From a virus, in IMG/VR virus record IMGVR_UViG_3300029611_000007: 55,548 bases of DNA; one strand, 5' to 3'. This document shows positions 6,579-14,958 of this stretch, in pieces; position 1 is the stretch's first letter; each line of letters begins with the position of its first letter. The notes beneath the pieces were generated by a model, which was given only the letters and a program-made list of their open reading frames with translations, ran no database searches and was not told where the DNA came from. The position numbers and the translations under genes are program-made.

Positions 6579-7412
6579 ATGGATAAAGAACAGCTTGCCA
6601 TTGCGAGGTTGCGGGACGCAGCCAGACTGTCAGAGCATCGGTACAAGAAACCGCTGATGGTCACATACTCTGGCGGCAAGGATTCACAGTTGCTTGTAGC
6701 GTTGGCCGAACGTGCTGGAATCGACTTCGAGGTGGTCAACAGCCACACTACCGCAGATGCGCCGGAAACAGTCTATTTTATCCGTGAGCAATTCAAAGCA
6801 ATGGAAGAGAACGGAATCAAATGTTCCATTGTCATGCCACGATACAAGGACGAGCCTGTGTCTATGTGGACGTTGATTCCTCAAAAGCTGATGCCGCCTA
6901 CAAGACTTGTACGGTATTGCTGTGCAGTTCTCAAAGAAAATACTGGCCGCGATAGATTTATCGCTACCGGCGTTCGCTGGGCTGAATCAACAAACAGAAA
7001 GAAAAACCGTGGAACGATGGAATTTAACCATCGTGACAAGGAAAAGCGCATCATCCTTATGGGAGACAATGATGAAAAAAGACAGCTTTTTGAAACGTGC
7101 AGCATCAAGGGAAAAATGACCGTCAATCCGATTGTGGACTGGTCTGACAATGATGTATGGGACTACACGAACAGCGAACACCTGCCTGTCAATCCACTGT
7201 ATTGCGAAGGGCAAAAACGTGTTGGCTGCATTGGCTGTCCTATGGCCGGTAGGGGGGCAGACAGCGCGAGTTTATGCGCTGGCCTGCTTACGAAAAAATG
7301 TACATCTCAGCGTTTGAACGAATGCTTGATGCCAGAAAAGCAAAAGGCTTGCCGTGCGACTGGCAGACCGGTATGGACGTATTCCGCTGGTGGATGGAGG
7401 ACGATAACATAA
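6579..7412 (+). CDS. PAPS-reductase-family (PP-loop) protein; C-terminus frameshifted at a G6 tract (true end probably 7456)
   Basis: 'VTYSGGKDS' PP-loop and 'CIGCPMAG' Cys cluster. After 7252-7257 the family-like C-terminus 'REFMRWPAYEKMYISAFERML' continues in the frame of track ORF 7274-7456. Confidence 0.85.
   Translation: MDKEQLAIARLRDAARLSEHRYKKPLMVTYSGGKDSQLLVALAERAGIDFEVVNSHTTADAPETVYFIREQFKAMEENGIKCSIVMPRYKDEPVSMWTLIPQKLMPPTRLVRYCCAVLKENTGRDRFIATGVRWAESTNRKKNRGTMEFNHRDKEKRIILMGDNDEKRQLFETCSIKGKMTVNPIVDWSDNDVWDYTNSEHLPVNPLYCEGQKRVGCIGCPMAGRGADSASLCAGLLTKKCTSQRLNECLMPEKQKACRATGRPVWTYSAGGWRTIT
7252..7257 (+). repeat. Homopolymer G6 at the frame break of the PAPS-reductase-like gene
   Basis: ggt-a-gggggg-cag. 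G7 would read ..CPMAGRGGRQREFMRWPAYEK.. to the stop at 7456. Confidence 0.85.
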
Positions 7413-7452
7413 ACGGACAGTTGAGCATGGACGATCTGATGGAGGAAGAACA

Positions 7453-7692
7453 GTGAAAGACGAAGATTTCTACAAGATGATTTCCGGCATGATGGAAGCG
7501 CGGGAAAAAGAAAGGATGCTGGGGATAAGAGTTCTGATAATCGCGCACAACGCCTACAAGTTTCAGGGATGTGCGCAGATTTACCGCAATTACTTGCCGC
7601 AGCACATCGCAATCCATGTTCGGAAACAGTACCTTGCTGAACTGAACAGAAAAAGAAAGGGTGGACGTAATGCGCAGGGCGATAGCCATTGA
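7453..7692 (+). CDS. Hypothetical protein (79 aa)
   Basis: GTG start overlapping the stop at 7454-7456; operon context. Confidence 0.5.
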   Translation: MKDEDFYKMISGMMEAREKERMLGIRVLIIAHNAYKFQGCAQIYRNYLPQHIAIHVRKQYLAELNRKRKGGRNAQGDSH

Positions 7693-8026
7693 TTTTGACG
7701 GGTGCATTTGTCAGAGCAAATACCCGGAGATCGGGAAACCAAACTGGCACGTTATCGAGGAAGCCAAGAAAGAACAAGCGGCGGGTGCTGGTCTGATCCT
7801 GTGGACTTGCAGGGCGGGCAAGGAACTGGACGCAGCTATTGCAGCCTGCAAAGAGTGGGGCCTGAACTTTGATACCGTGAATCAGAGCTTGCCGGAGTGG
7901 ATCGAAGCGTGGGGCAGCGATTCCCGCAAAGTTGGCGCAGATGAATACTGGGACGACAAAGCGGTGATCGCGGACACGACCTGCATCCTGCGGAGTGCTA
8001 CCTGCTACCAGAGGAAAAACAAATGA
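7670..8026 (+). CDS. HAD-superfamily-like small protein
   Basis: ATG at 7670 after agggtgg. N-terminal 'AIAIDFDGCI' resembles HAD motif I (DxDG). Confidence 0.6.
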   Translation: MRRAIAIDFDGCICQSKYPEIGKPNWHVIEEAKKEQAAGAGLILWTCRAGKELDAAIAACKEWGLNFDTVNQSLPEWIEAWGSDSRKVGADEYWDDKAVIADTTCILRSATCYQRKNK

Positions 8027-8593
8027 ATTTGCCAGATAAAAAATACGCCGTGATCTATGCTGATCCTCCGTGGTCATATCGCCAGTGTGGAACCGGCCCA
8101 AAGAGCCGGGGCAATGCCGCGCAGCATTATAACACCATGACGACGGATGATATATGCGCCCTGCCGGTTAAAAACCTTGCGGGGGGGGGGGTCGGTGTGC
8201 TTCATGTGGGCGACATTCCCACAGATAGCCGATGCCCTGCGCGTCATGGAAGCATGGGGGTTCGAGTATAAGACCTGTGCCTTTGTGTGGATCAAGAAGA
8301 ACCGGAAGAGCAACACAAACTTTTGGGGCATGGGAGCGTATACACGAGCGAACGCCGAGATTTGCCTGCTGGGAGTAACACCCGGATTCAAACCGGCGGC
8401 GCAGATCAAGAACCATGCAGTACATCAAGTTATAGAGTCCCCAGTAGAGGAACACAGCAAGAAGCCAGAAGAAACAAGACGGCGGATTGTAGAACTGCTG
8501 GGCGACGTGCCGAGGATAGAACTTTTTGCCCGCCAGCGGTCGCCCGGATGGGACGCATGGGGCAATGAAATAGGTGAACAAGATGAAAAGTGA
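8023..8593 (+). pseudogene. MT-A70-family N6-adenine DNA methyltransferase split into two ORFs (8023-8271, 8147-8593) by a G11 tract
   Basis: 'VIYADPPWSY' (DPPW motif) upstream of the tract. 'SVCFMWATFPQIADALRVMEAWGFEY...ESPVEEHSKKPEE' downstream in the +1 frame. G10 joins them. Confidence 0.85.
8181..8191 (+). repeat. Homopolymer G11 at the frame break of the MT-A70 methyltransferase
   Basis: cttgc-ggggggggggg-tcgg read directly. Confidence 0.9.
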
Positions 8594-9293
8594 AAAAGCA
8601 ATTACGCCGATGCGCTGCGTCAACGCAAACCACGGAAAGTATGTCAGCATCATTACGAACTTTGGCTGTCATTACACCTGCCCGGAGTGTATCGTAAGAA
8701 ACAATGGGCTGAAAATGAGCGAAACAGACAATTTCAGCACACAGGAACCGCTCAACAAGGTGCTCTGCAAGGAAAGGCCGGAGTGGGTTTCGGTGTCCGG
8801 TGGTGGCGATCCGCTGTTCCATTGGAAAGAGCATTGGTCATTCTACGAGGGTCTTTTCCACACGGCAGAGCGGCGAAACGTCAAGTTGGAAATGCACACG
8901 AGCTATCTCCCGGATAGCCCGGAAGTGCAAGACTTCCCGCTTAATTGGTTTGAACGGGTGGTGTACCACGTCCATAAATTCGACGATCTGCTCCACGTTA
9001 AAAGAAAGTTCGGTGAGATCGTCCGCGTGGTATTTGTCGTTGACGACAATATGACCGAACAGGATGTGCTTTTCATCGCCGGTTATGTGGCGGGCAGCAA
9101 AGAGATTGACGAACTTTCTTTCCGCCAGCGGGTAGATGAAAACTACAAGGAAACCTACCACCTCCACGATTTGCTGACGGAGTATCACAAGAAGCTCTGG
9201 TGGTACATTACCCAGTGCGATTATAACCTCTACTTCCATAATGGCAAGGTGTACACGAAGTACACTGATATTTTTACGGAGGGCAAAGAGTGA
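8583..9293 (+). CDS. Radical-SAM-like protein
   Basis: ATG at 8583 after aggtga. 'NFGCHYTCPEC' gives a CxxxCxxC cluster. 'VSVSGGGDPL' is a glycine-rich SAM motif. Confidence 0.65.
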   Translation: MKSEKAITPMRCVNANHGKYVSIITNFGCHYTCPECIVRNNGLKMSETDNFSTQEPLNKVLCKERPEWVSVSGGGDPLFHWKEHWSFYEGLFHTAERRNVKLEMHTSYLPDSPEVQDFPLNWFERVVYHVHKFDDLLHVKRKFGEIVRVVFVVDDNMTEQDVLFIAGYVAGSKEIDELSFRQRVDENYKETYHLHDLLTEYHKKLWWYITQCDYNLYFHNGKVYTKYTDIFTEGKE

Positions 9294-9511
9294 CACAGTA
9301 TTGCCGGTATTGTTCTCTGGCGGTTCTGAATGACGACGATTTGATTTACTGCGAAGCAAAAGACGAAATGCGAGAGGGCAAGCAGATAAGAAATCCGAAC
9401 AAGTGCAAGCACTTTGAGTTCAACCCGGTGGACGTTCTGGACGAGAACAAAAAGTATAGACCGAGAGAACCGAAGAAGAAAAACATTGAGGGGCAGGTGA
9501 GCTTTTTATAA
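9290..9511 (+). CDS. Small Cys-containing protein (73 aa)
   Basis: GTGA start/stop overlap; 'CRYCS...CEAK...CKHF'. Confidence 0.55.
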   Translation: MTQYCRYCSLAVLNDDDLIYCEAKDEMREGKQIRNPNKCKHFEFNPVDVLDENKKYRPREPKKKNIEGQVSFL

Positions 9512-9594
9512 ACCACTGGAAACCGAACCTCCCACGATCAGACCCCACCGCAGCTTTCGCCCGTACATAAGCACATGAGCGAAAGCGAGGAAAT

Positions 9595-10506
9595 ATGATC
9601 TTTTTCATCATCGGAGTGCTGGCCGCGTTGGTTGCGCTGGCCGTCCTGCTCCTGTCCGAAGAGGGCAAGGCCGCAGCATTTATTCCCGGCGTGGTCGCCG
9701 TTATCCTGATCGGTGTGTCCTGTGTGTCCTACGTTCCCACCGGCTACACAGGCATTGTGACCACGTTCGGCAAAGTCGAAGATGGCACAAAGGACGCTGG
9801 TGTTGTGTTCAAGTCACCGTGGCAGTCTATCGTCAAGATGGATAATCGTGTTCAGGAAATGAACATGGATTTATCGGCGTTCAGTTCTGACATTCAGGAA
9901 GTCGCCACGAGCGTTGCCGTTGGCTACCGGATCAACCAGCAGAATGCCATGACGATTTACAAGTCGGTCGGCAAGAAGTACGAGGACACTCTGATTACTC
10001 CCCGTGTGCAGGAAACGGTCAAGGCCGTGGTCGCCCACTACGATGCAAGCAGTCTTATCTCGAACCGGGATGCCGTTGCATCACAGATGGACACGAAGCT
10101 GCGGGAAGTACTGGCAGAGTACAACATTGACTTGCAGTATATCAGCGTCACCAACTTCGACTTCACCGATACCTTTACGGATGCCGTTGAAGCCAAAGTA
10201 AAGGCCCAGCAGGAAAAGGAAAAGGCTGAAACCGATGCGGAAAAACGCCGCGTCGAAGCGCAGGCAACGGCGGACGCTGATTTGATCGCGGCCAATGCAG
10301 AAGCGGAGAAATCCAAGGTTGCGGCGGACGCGGAGCTGTACGTTGCCGAAAAGAAAGCGGAAGCAAACCGCGCCCTCAATGACAGCCTGAATAGCAATTT
10401 GCTGGAATACTACCGGATCACAAACGTCGATTCCCTCTGGAATGGCGAACTGCCTACATACGTTGGCGGTGATGGCAGTATTCCCGTCATCAACGGGATC
10501 AACTGA
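9595..10506 (+). CDS. SPFH / band-7 (prohibitin/HflC-like) membrane protein
   Basis: N-terminal TM helices, 'YVPTGYTGIVTTFGKV..GVVFKSPWQSIVKMDNRVQ', Ala/Glu/Lys coiled-coil tail. Confidence 0.8.
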   Translation: MIFFIIGVLAALVALAVLLLSEEGKAAAFIPGVVAVILIGVSCVSYVPTGYTGIVTTFGKVEDGTKDAGVVFKSPWQSIVKMDNRVQEMNMDLSAFSSDIQEVATSVAVGYRINQQNAMTIYKSVGKKYEDTLITPRVQETVKAVVAHYDASSLISNRDAVASQMDTKLREVLAEYNIDLQYISVTNFDFTDTFTDAVEAKVKAQQEKEKAETDAEKRRVEAQATADADLIAANAEAEKSKVAADAELYVAEKKAEANRALNDSLNSNLLEYYRITNVDSLWNGELPTYVGGDGSIPVINGIN

Positions 10507-10616
10507 TTTTCTCCTACCGGAGCCGCCCGGCGCGGCGGCTCCATTCTGTGAGCATGGGGACAGGCCCCTACCGGTTCAAGCCCGGAAATGCCCGAAACTA
10601 ACAGGAGGAAAGGACA

Positions 10617-10826
10617 ATGCCGAAATACTTAGTCATGCTGCGGTGCAGCAGAGCAAGAAGCAACGCAAACCGCCATAGGCAGGAAACACCGGCCTATCTG
10701 CCGTACCGCATAGAAGCACCGAAAGCACTTGACGCAGCGGACAAGGCAAAAGAAGAAGCGGCCCTGTACTACCCGCAGTACCAGAAAATCCAAGTGGACA
10801 GTGTAACGGAGGTGCGGGACTTGTGA
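10617..10826 (+). CDS. Hypothetical protein (69 aa)
   Basis: Strong RBS acaggaggaaagg plus ATG. Confidence 0.65.
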   Translation: MPKYLVMLRCSRARSNANRHRQETPAYLPYRIEAPKALDAADKAKEEAALYYPQYQKIQVDSVTEVRDL

Positions 10827-11005
10827 ACAGGTACTACATCAGCGTTGCCGGTTGGAATGGTGCTGGCGTGACTGCGCCGTGCATCATCATCGGTCGAGAA
10901 TTTGAAGCAGAAACGGAACGCACAGCCGGTGAAGCAGCGGAGAAATCCGCAGATGAACAGTTCCCCGAATATGCGCCGTTTGCAGTTATCAGAAAGGTGG
11001 TTTGA
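10823..11005 (+). CDS. Hypothetical protein (60 aa)
   Basis: GTG after ggaggtg; GTGA overlap with the previous stop. Confidence 0.55.
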   Translation: MNRYYISVAGWNGAGVTAPCIIIGREFEAETERTAGEAAEKSADEQFPEYAPFAVIRKVV

Positions 11006-11007
11006 AT

Positions 11008-11658
11008 ATGAAACTTTCGGGAGTTACAAAGATGGTGAAACGACAGCTTGTGTGCAACGTCTTTCACAATATCAAGAGCGACGACTTTTATATTGGAACA
11101 GCATCGGCTATCTACTGTGCGACAGGCTTCCCGCTCCCGCTGAACCGCAGCCAAATGGGTGCGCTGCTGGGAATCAGCGAAGATACCATGATCGAAAAGG
11201 TGGTCTACAACGATTTTGATTGCGCATACAAAAGCGATCTTGAGGGGTTCAATCTGGACGATAACGTCAAGAACGAAGTAGAAGTAAAGAAAATGGCCGT
11301 CGGCATCTACTACATGGGAGAAACGCTTATCCCGCTGGCGACGGAAGATAAAAAGATGGCTGGCCTTATCTGCTGGTCGCAGCTTGCGCCGGTTGAAGAT
11401 GAGATCAAGAACAATGGCTTCATTCGATTCTACCAAAGAAAGCTCGGCAACGGAAGAACGTACTTTGTGGTAAAAAACGGTATGAGAGTACGAGCAGCCG
11501 TAACGTCATACTCGCTGAACGAGTATGCGGAAGCAACACTGCAAGAGCTGGTAGCTATGCTGGCAGAAACGCATACTGGCGAACAGGAAGAGCATGAACA
11601 GACATTCGATAACCTGACGGATGAAGCGGAGGACAAAGCAGACGATGAAAAGGCTTGA
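11008..11658 (+). CDS. Hypothetical protein (acidic C-terminus)
   Basis: ATG at 11008, 7 nt after aaaggtgg (the track start at 11002 is TTG). Confidence 0.75.
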   Translation: MKLSGVTKMVKRQLVCNVFHNIKSDDFYIGTASAIYCATGFPLPLNRSQMGALLGISEDTMIEKVVYNDFDCAYKSDLEGFNLDDNVKNEVEVKKMAVGIYYMGETLIPLATEDKKMAGLICWSQLAPVEDEIKNNGFIRFYQRKLGNGRTYFVVKNGMRVRAAVTSYSLNEYAEATLQELVAMLAETHTGEQEEHEQTFDNLTDEAEDKADDEKA

Positions 11659-11890
11659 CGCTATGTACAAGTGCCGCCTGTGCGGAAAAGAGTATGTGGA
11701 GTGCTCCACCGGCGGAGAGAAAGGAAACCAGCAGTTTGTAATGGGCATAATGTATCGGGCTGTCAGCCAGAAAAAGCCGGAAGAGGTAATGGAACCGACG
11801 CTCTACGAATGTCATTTCTGCGGTGGTGGAAATTATGGCGTTGCTGATTTTCTGGGGTTCAAATTAAACGACAAGGAGGACACAGAATGA
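11645..11890 (+). CDS. Zinc-ribbon protein
   Basis: 'CRLCG...CHFCG'; the ATG overlaps the previous gene's end. Confidence 0.6.
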   Translation: MKRLDAMYKCRLCGKEYVECSTGGEKGNQQFVMGIMYRAVSQKKPEEVMEPTLYECHFCGGGNYGVADFLGFKLNDKEDTE

Positions 11891-12234
11891 GAGGTAGACC
11901 AGAATTTTACGTCAGAGTTATGTGTCCGCCGTATACCGCCGAAGATGCTGAATTTTTGGCCGAGAGAAATAAAGTTCTTGAAGAAGCCGTGAACAGAATA
12001 GCGGCTGAAAATTTTGAATTACGGGAGGATAACCGGAATCTCAAAGAGAGTTACAGGTATTTGAGCACGACTAGAATCGAGGAAAAAAAGGAGCTAAAGG
12101 AGCAAAGCGAAAAGTCGATTCTGTACAGAACGACCGTTGGCGTTACGCAATGGGTGATTTACTGGCTGAACGCTGCTGTAAAGGCGGGAAACTGGTTGAT
12201 CGGTAACTTGCTGGACGACATAGACTGTTTCTGA
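11887..12234 (+). CDS. Hypothetical coiled-coil protein
   Basis: aaggagg RBS plus ATG; ATGA overlap. Confidence 0.7.
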   Translation: MRGRPEFYVRVMCPPYTAEDAEFLAERNKVLEEAVNRIAAENFELREDNRNLKESYRYLSTTRIEEKKELKEQSEKSILYRTTVGVTQWVIYWLNAAVKAGNWLIGNLLDDIDCF

Positions 12235-12248
12235 ACGGAGGAAGAAAA

Positions 12249-12602
12249 ATGCAAGATAAATACATCAACGCAACGAAGCTGATCGAACGGCTAAAATGCG
12301 AGAAAAGAAGAGAAGTCGCGGAAGCGGCGAGCAATCCGTTTTCAACCGGTCACGCGCCGGAAATCAGAATATCGCAAATCTATGACGGCGTTGTGTCTGT
12401 TCTGGAAAAGGAACCGGCAGCAAATGTGGTTCCGCGCCCTGCTCCAAAGTGGCCGATATGCCAGAATTGCGGTAGGCCAATGGTCTATTGTGGAGAAGAA
12501 AACACGGACGGAATTGTCTGGAAGCGGTATTCGTGCAAGGACTGCTATAACCAGTTTTGTGCAAGAAGGGTGATGGCAGGAGAAGAAACATGGCCGAAAT
12601 GA
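12249..12602 (+). CDS. Hypothetical zinc-finger protein
   Basis: ggagga RBS; 'CQNCGRPMVYC...CKDC'. Confidence 0.7.
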   Translation: MQDKYINATKLIERLKCEKRREVAEAASNPFSTGHAPEIRISQIYDGVVSVLEKEPAANVVPRPAPKWPICQNCGRPMVYCGEENTDGIVWKRYSCKDCYNQFCARRVMAGEETWPK

Positions 12603-12961
12603 TAAGTAAGCAGCATTTATTGGAGCAGATCGACACGACGGGAAAAGGCTGCGAATATGAAGGCAAGGAATTTCTCGCATATCAAGAAGCAATGCTGGCC
12701 GTAGTAGAGTTGATCGAGAAAGAACCGGCGGTCGAGAAAGAATATGATGTGATGTTCAGCGGGACAGAACACATAGATTCACCGGGACCAGCACCGGTAG
12801 TTGGTTATAGAATCGCGGCGAAAAACTGGAAAGAAGCCGTGCAAAAAGGTAAATTTTACGCAGAAATGCAGCACCCGGCATTTATTCCGTTTGCGTTTGC
12901 AGGGCCGGTAATTGAAGTGCCAAAAGAAGAACTTGAAAATTTGGAAACGGAGAAAAAATAA
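12590..12961 (+). CDS. Hypothetical protein
   Basis: ATG at 12590 after aggag (the track ORF begins at 12557). Confidence 0.65.
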   Translation: MAEMISKQHLLEQIDTTGKGCEYEGKEFLAYQEAMLAVVELIEKEPAVEKEYDVMFSGTEHIDSPGPAPVVGYRIAAKNWKEAVQKGKFYAEMQHPAFIPFAFAGPVIEVPKEELENLETEKK

Positions 12962-13386
12962 TGGACGCAGTAAGAAAAGATGTTCGTCGTCTGGTAAACA
13001 AGGAGCTGGAAGCAGCAAACAAACGCTTCCCCCAGTTTGCCAGCCCGCACGAGGGACAGAATGTTGTCCGGGAAGAGCTGGAAGAAGCGGAACGGGCGAT
13101 TGTGCCGCTGAAACTTTACATCGAAACCCGGATGTGGAACATGGTCAAGGCAAACCAGACTGTGCCGAAAGACGATTTCAAAGCCATTCGGGAAGCCGCA
13201 GTAAATCTGGCTGTCGAAGCAATTCAGGTGGCAGCAATGGCGAAGAAGTTTGAACACGGCCAGCGGAACAACTGGCCCGGCGCAAGGGAGGATAGTCATG
13301 GAGAAGAAAAAAACCGTGCCGGAAGTGGAAACAGTGACAATCACCATGAGCCGACCGGTGGCGGAAGCGGTAAAGACCGCCTGTGA
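12961..13386 (+). CDS. MazG-like all-alpha NTP pyrophosphohydrolase (tentative)
   Basis: 'FASPHEGQNVVREELEEAERA' resembles the HEG..EE..E metal-binding helix of the MazG/dimeric dUTPase family. The 3' 89 nt overlap the next gene. Confidence 0.55.
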   Translation: MDAVRKDVRRLVNKELEAANKRFPQFASPHEGQNVVREELEEAERAIVPLKLYIETRMWNMVKANQTVPKDDFKAIREAAVNLAVEAIQVAAMAKKFEHGQRNNWPGAREDSHGEEKNRAGSGNSDNHHEPTGGGSGKDRL

Positions 13387-13780
13387 GTGGTATCTGAGGT
13401 TGCACATGGGCCAGTTCTGGGATATGGCCGACGACCTCTGCATGGAAAAATTTTATTCCGATCTGGAAAACAATGTGTATGAGACGAACGAGCAGCGGGA
13501 GAATACTTTTGACGTTGCCCTGCATCGGCGGGATACCATGCGGGAGGAAATGGAAAAGCTGTATAACCGTTGCGTTCTCCCTGCTCCAATTTCGGATGTG
13601 ATGAAAATTCCGTACAGAGCGGAAATTGTATGGCTGGTCATTCGACACGCGCTGTCGTGGCACGACAACCCGGACGGTGTTGCAGGGTGCGTCAGCTATT
13701 ATGCGCCGTTGAACCGCAGCGACCAGCCGCAGCCGAAAATCGAGCTGAAACTGAAAGGCAAAGGTAAAAATCATGAGTAG
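13298..13780 (+). CDS. Hypothetical protein
   Basis: ATG at 13298 after gggagga. Confidence 0.7.
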   Translation: MEKKKTVPEVETVTITMSRPVAEAVKTACEWYLRLHMGQFWDMADDLCMEKFYSDLENNVYETNEQRENTFDVALHRRDTMREEMEKLYNRCVLPAPISDVMKIPYRAEIVWLVIRHALSWHDNPDGVAGCVSYYAPLNRSDQPQPKIELKLKGKGKNHE

Positions 13781-13979
13781 TGTCTTACAGGTAATCGGCA
13801 TAATGCCGCTGAAAAAGAACGTCCCGCACCCGCGGACGGCAGATTGGAAACTGAAAACCTGCCCGGAGTGTGGCCGGGAGTGCTGGTATCCGACCAACAA
13901 CGCGAAGCTGGTTTTGCGGGTCAACCCGGATATGAAGTTTGTTTGCTCGGAATGTGCGCTGAAAGCTGGGAGGAATTGA
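13773..13979 (+). CDS. Zinc-ribbon protein (68 aa)
   Basis: 'CPECGREC...CSEC'. Confidence 0.6.
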   Translation: MSSVLQVIGIMPLKKNVPHPRTADWKLKTCPECGRECWYPTNNAKLVLRVNPDMKFVCSECALKAGRN

Positions 13980-13980
13980 G

Positions 13981-14370
13981 ATGGAACAGTTTACCAACAC
14001 GGAAGAGCTGCTTCGGAGAATCCGGGAGAACGTGCCTGAAATTTTGGGCGGCGAAAGTAACCCGGATATGGAAGATGAAGTGGAACAGATCATGTGCGTG
14101 GTCGAGAGCGCACCGAGGGTCGCCCCGGAGGGGGTGCGCCCGGTGGCGCACATCGCATGGAGAAAACGGCCCAAGCAGTTTGTCGTATATGATCCTGTTC
14201 CGACAAACGAGTGTTTGTACGATGGAAAGCCGGTTTACACACAGCGGGTTTTGAAAATCGAAGAATACACAGTGCCGTTTTGTTCTAACTGCGATCACCG
14301 TTTGGACGATTGCGCCGGGAGTTTTTGTCCAGTGTGCGGTTCAATTATAGAAGAAAGGCGCAAAACATGA
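13981..14370 (+). CDS. Hypothetical protein with C-terminal zinc ribbon
   Basis: gggagga RBS; 'CSNCDHRL..CPVCG'. Confidence 0.7.
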   Translation: MEQFTNTEELLRRIRENVPEILGGESNPDMEDEVEQIMCVVESAPRVAPEGVRPVAHIAWRKRPKQFVVYDPVPTNECLYDGKPVYTQRVLKIEEYTVPFCSNCDHRLDDCAGSFCPVCGSIIEERRKT

Positions 14371-14516
14371 AAAAAGAATGTTCCACCTGTGCATGGCATG
14401 ACGGCTATACATGGGTGTGCTTCAACGGAAATTCTGAGTACCGGGCGGACTTCACTGACCCGGAAAATACCTGCCCTGCATGGGAAGAAAGGAAAGAGCA
14501 AAATGAAAAAACTTGA
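14367..14516 (+). CDS. Small Cys-rich protein (49 aa)
   Basis: ATGA overlap with the previous stop; 'MKKECSTCAWHDGYTWVCFNG'. Confidence 0.45.
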   Translation: MKKECSTCAWHDGYTWVCFNGNSEYRADFTDPENTCPAWEERKEQNEKT

Positions 14517-14640
14517 ACCGGCGGAAATCCGCAGACTGGCCGTAATCGCCCTCTGGTGGCTGTGTGTTGGCATTGTGCTGTCAAACCTGCTGTCGGTGCT
14601 GCTGCAAAACCTGACAGAGTGGATCATGTCGCTTGTCTGA
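14503..14640 (+). CDS. Small membrane protein (45 aa)
   Basis: ATG at 14503; 'LAVIALWWLCVGIVLSNLLSVLL' TM helix. Confidence 0.45.
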   Translation: MKKLEPAEIRRLAVIALWWLCVGIVLSNLLSVLLQNLTEWIMSLV

Positions 14641-14651
14641 GCGGCCCGCCA

Positions 14652-14720
14652 AAGCCCCTATCTATATTATATAGGAAACCCGTCGTTAAATTGCCGCCCT
14701 GACGAGGCGGCAAGGGGCTT
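14652..14720 (+). promoter_or_regulatory. Branched palindromic structure upstream of the Rep gene (candidate origin or terminator)
   Basis: Outer stem aagcccc/ggggctt encloses the AT-rich palindrome cctatctatattatatagg (14657-14675) and the hairpin gccgcc-ctgacga-ggcggc. Confidence 0.4.
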
Positions 14721-14958
14721 GTATACCGTAGATAAACTAAGGGACACACAGAGAGAAGAGCGCGGAGAGATGCGCTCACCTCCGGCGGGGAAAGGGAGTG
14801 CAGAGGGAAAACGAGGGCGGCGTTACAGCAGCCTACCGGGATAGAGAGCAAAGGGAACGCGGCCCGGTGTTTCCCCTCTGCATCGTTCCCCCTCTCGTGT
14901 TTGTGGCCCATGATTAAGAAAATTCCATGACGTTTGCGGAAAGGAGGACGTGGAGAAT

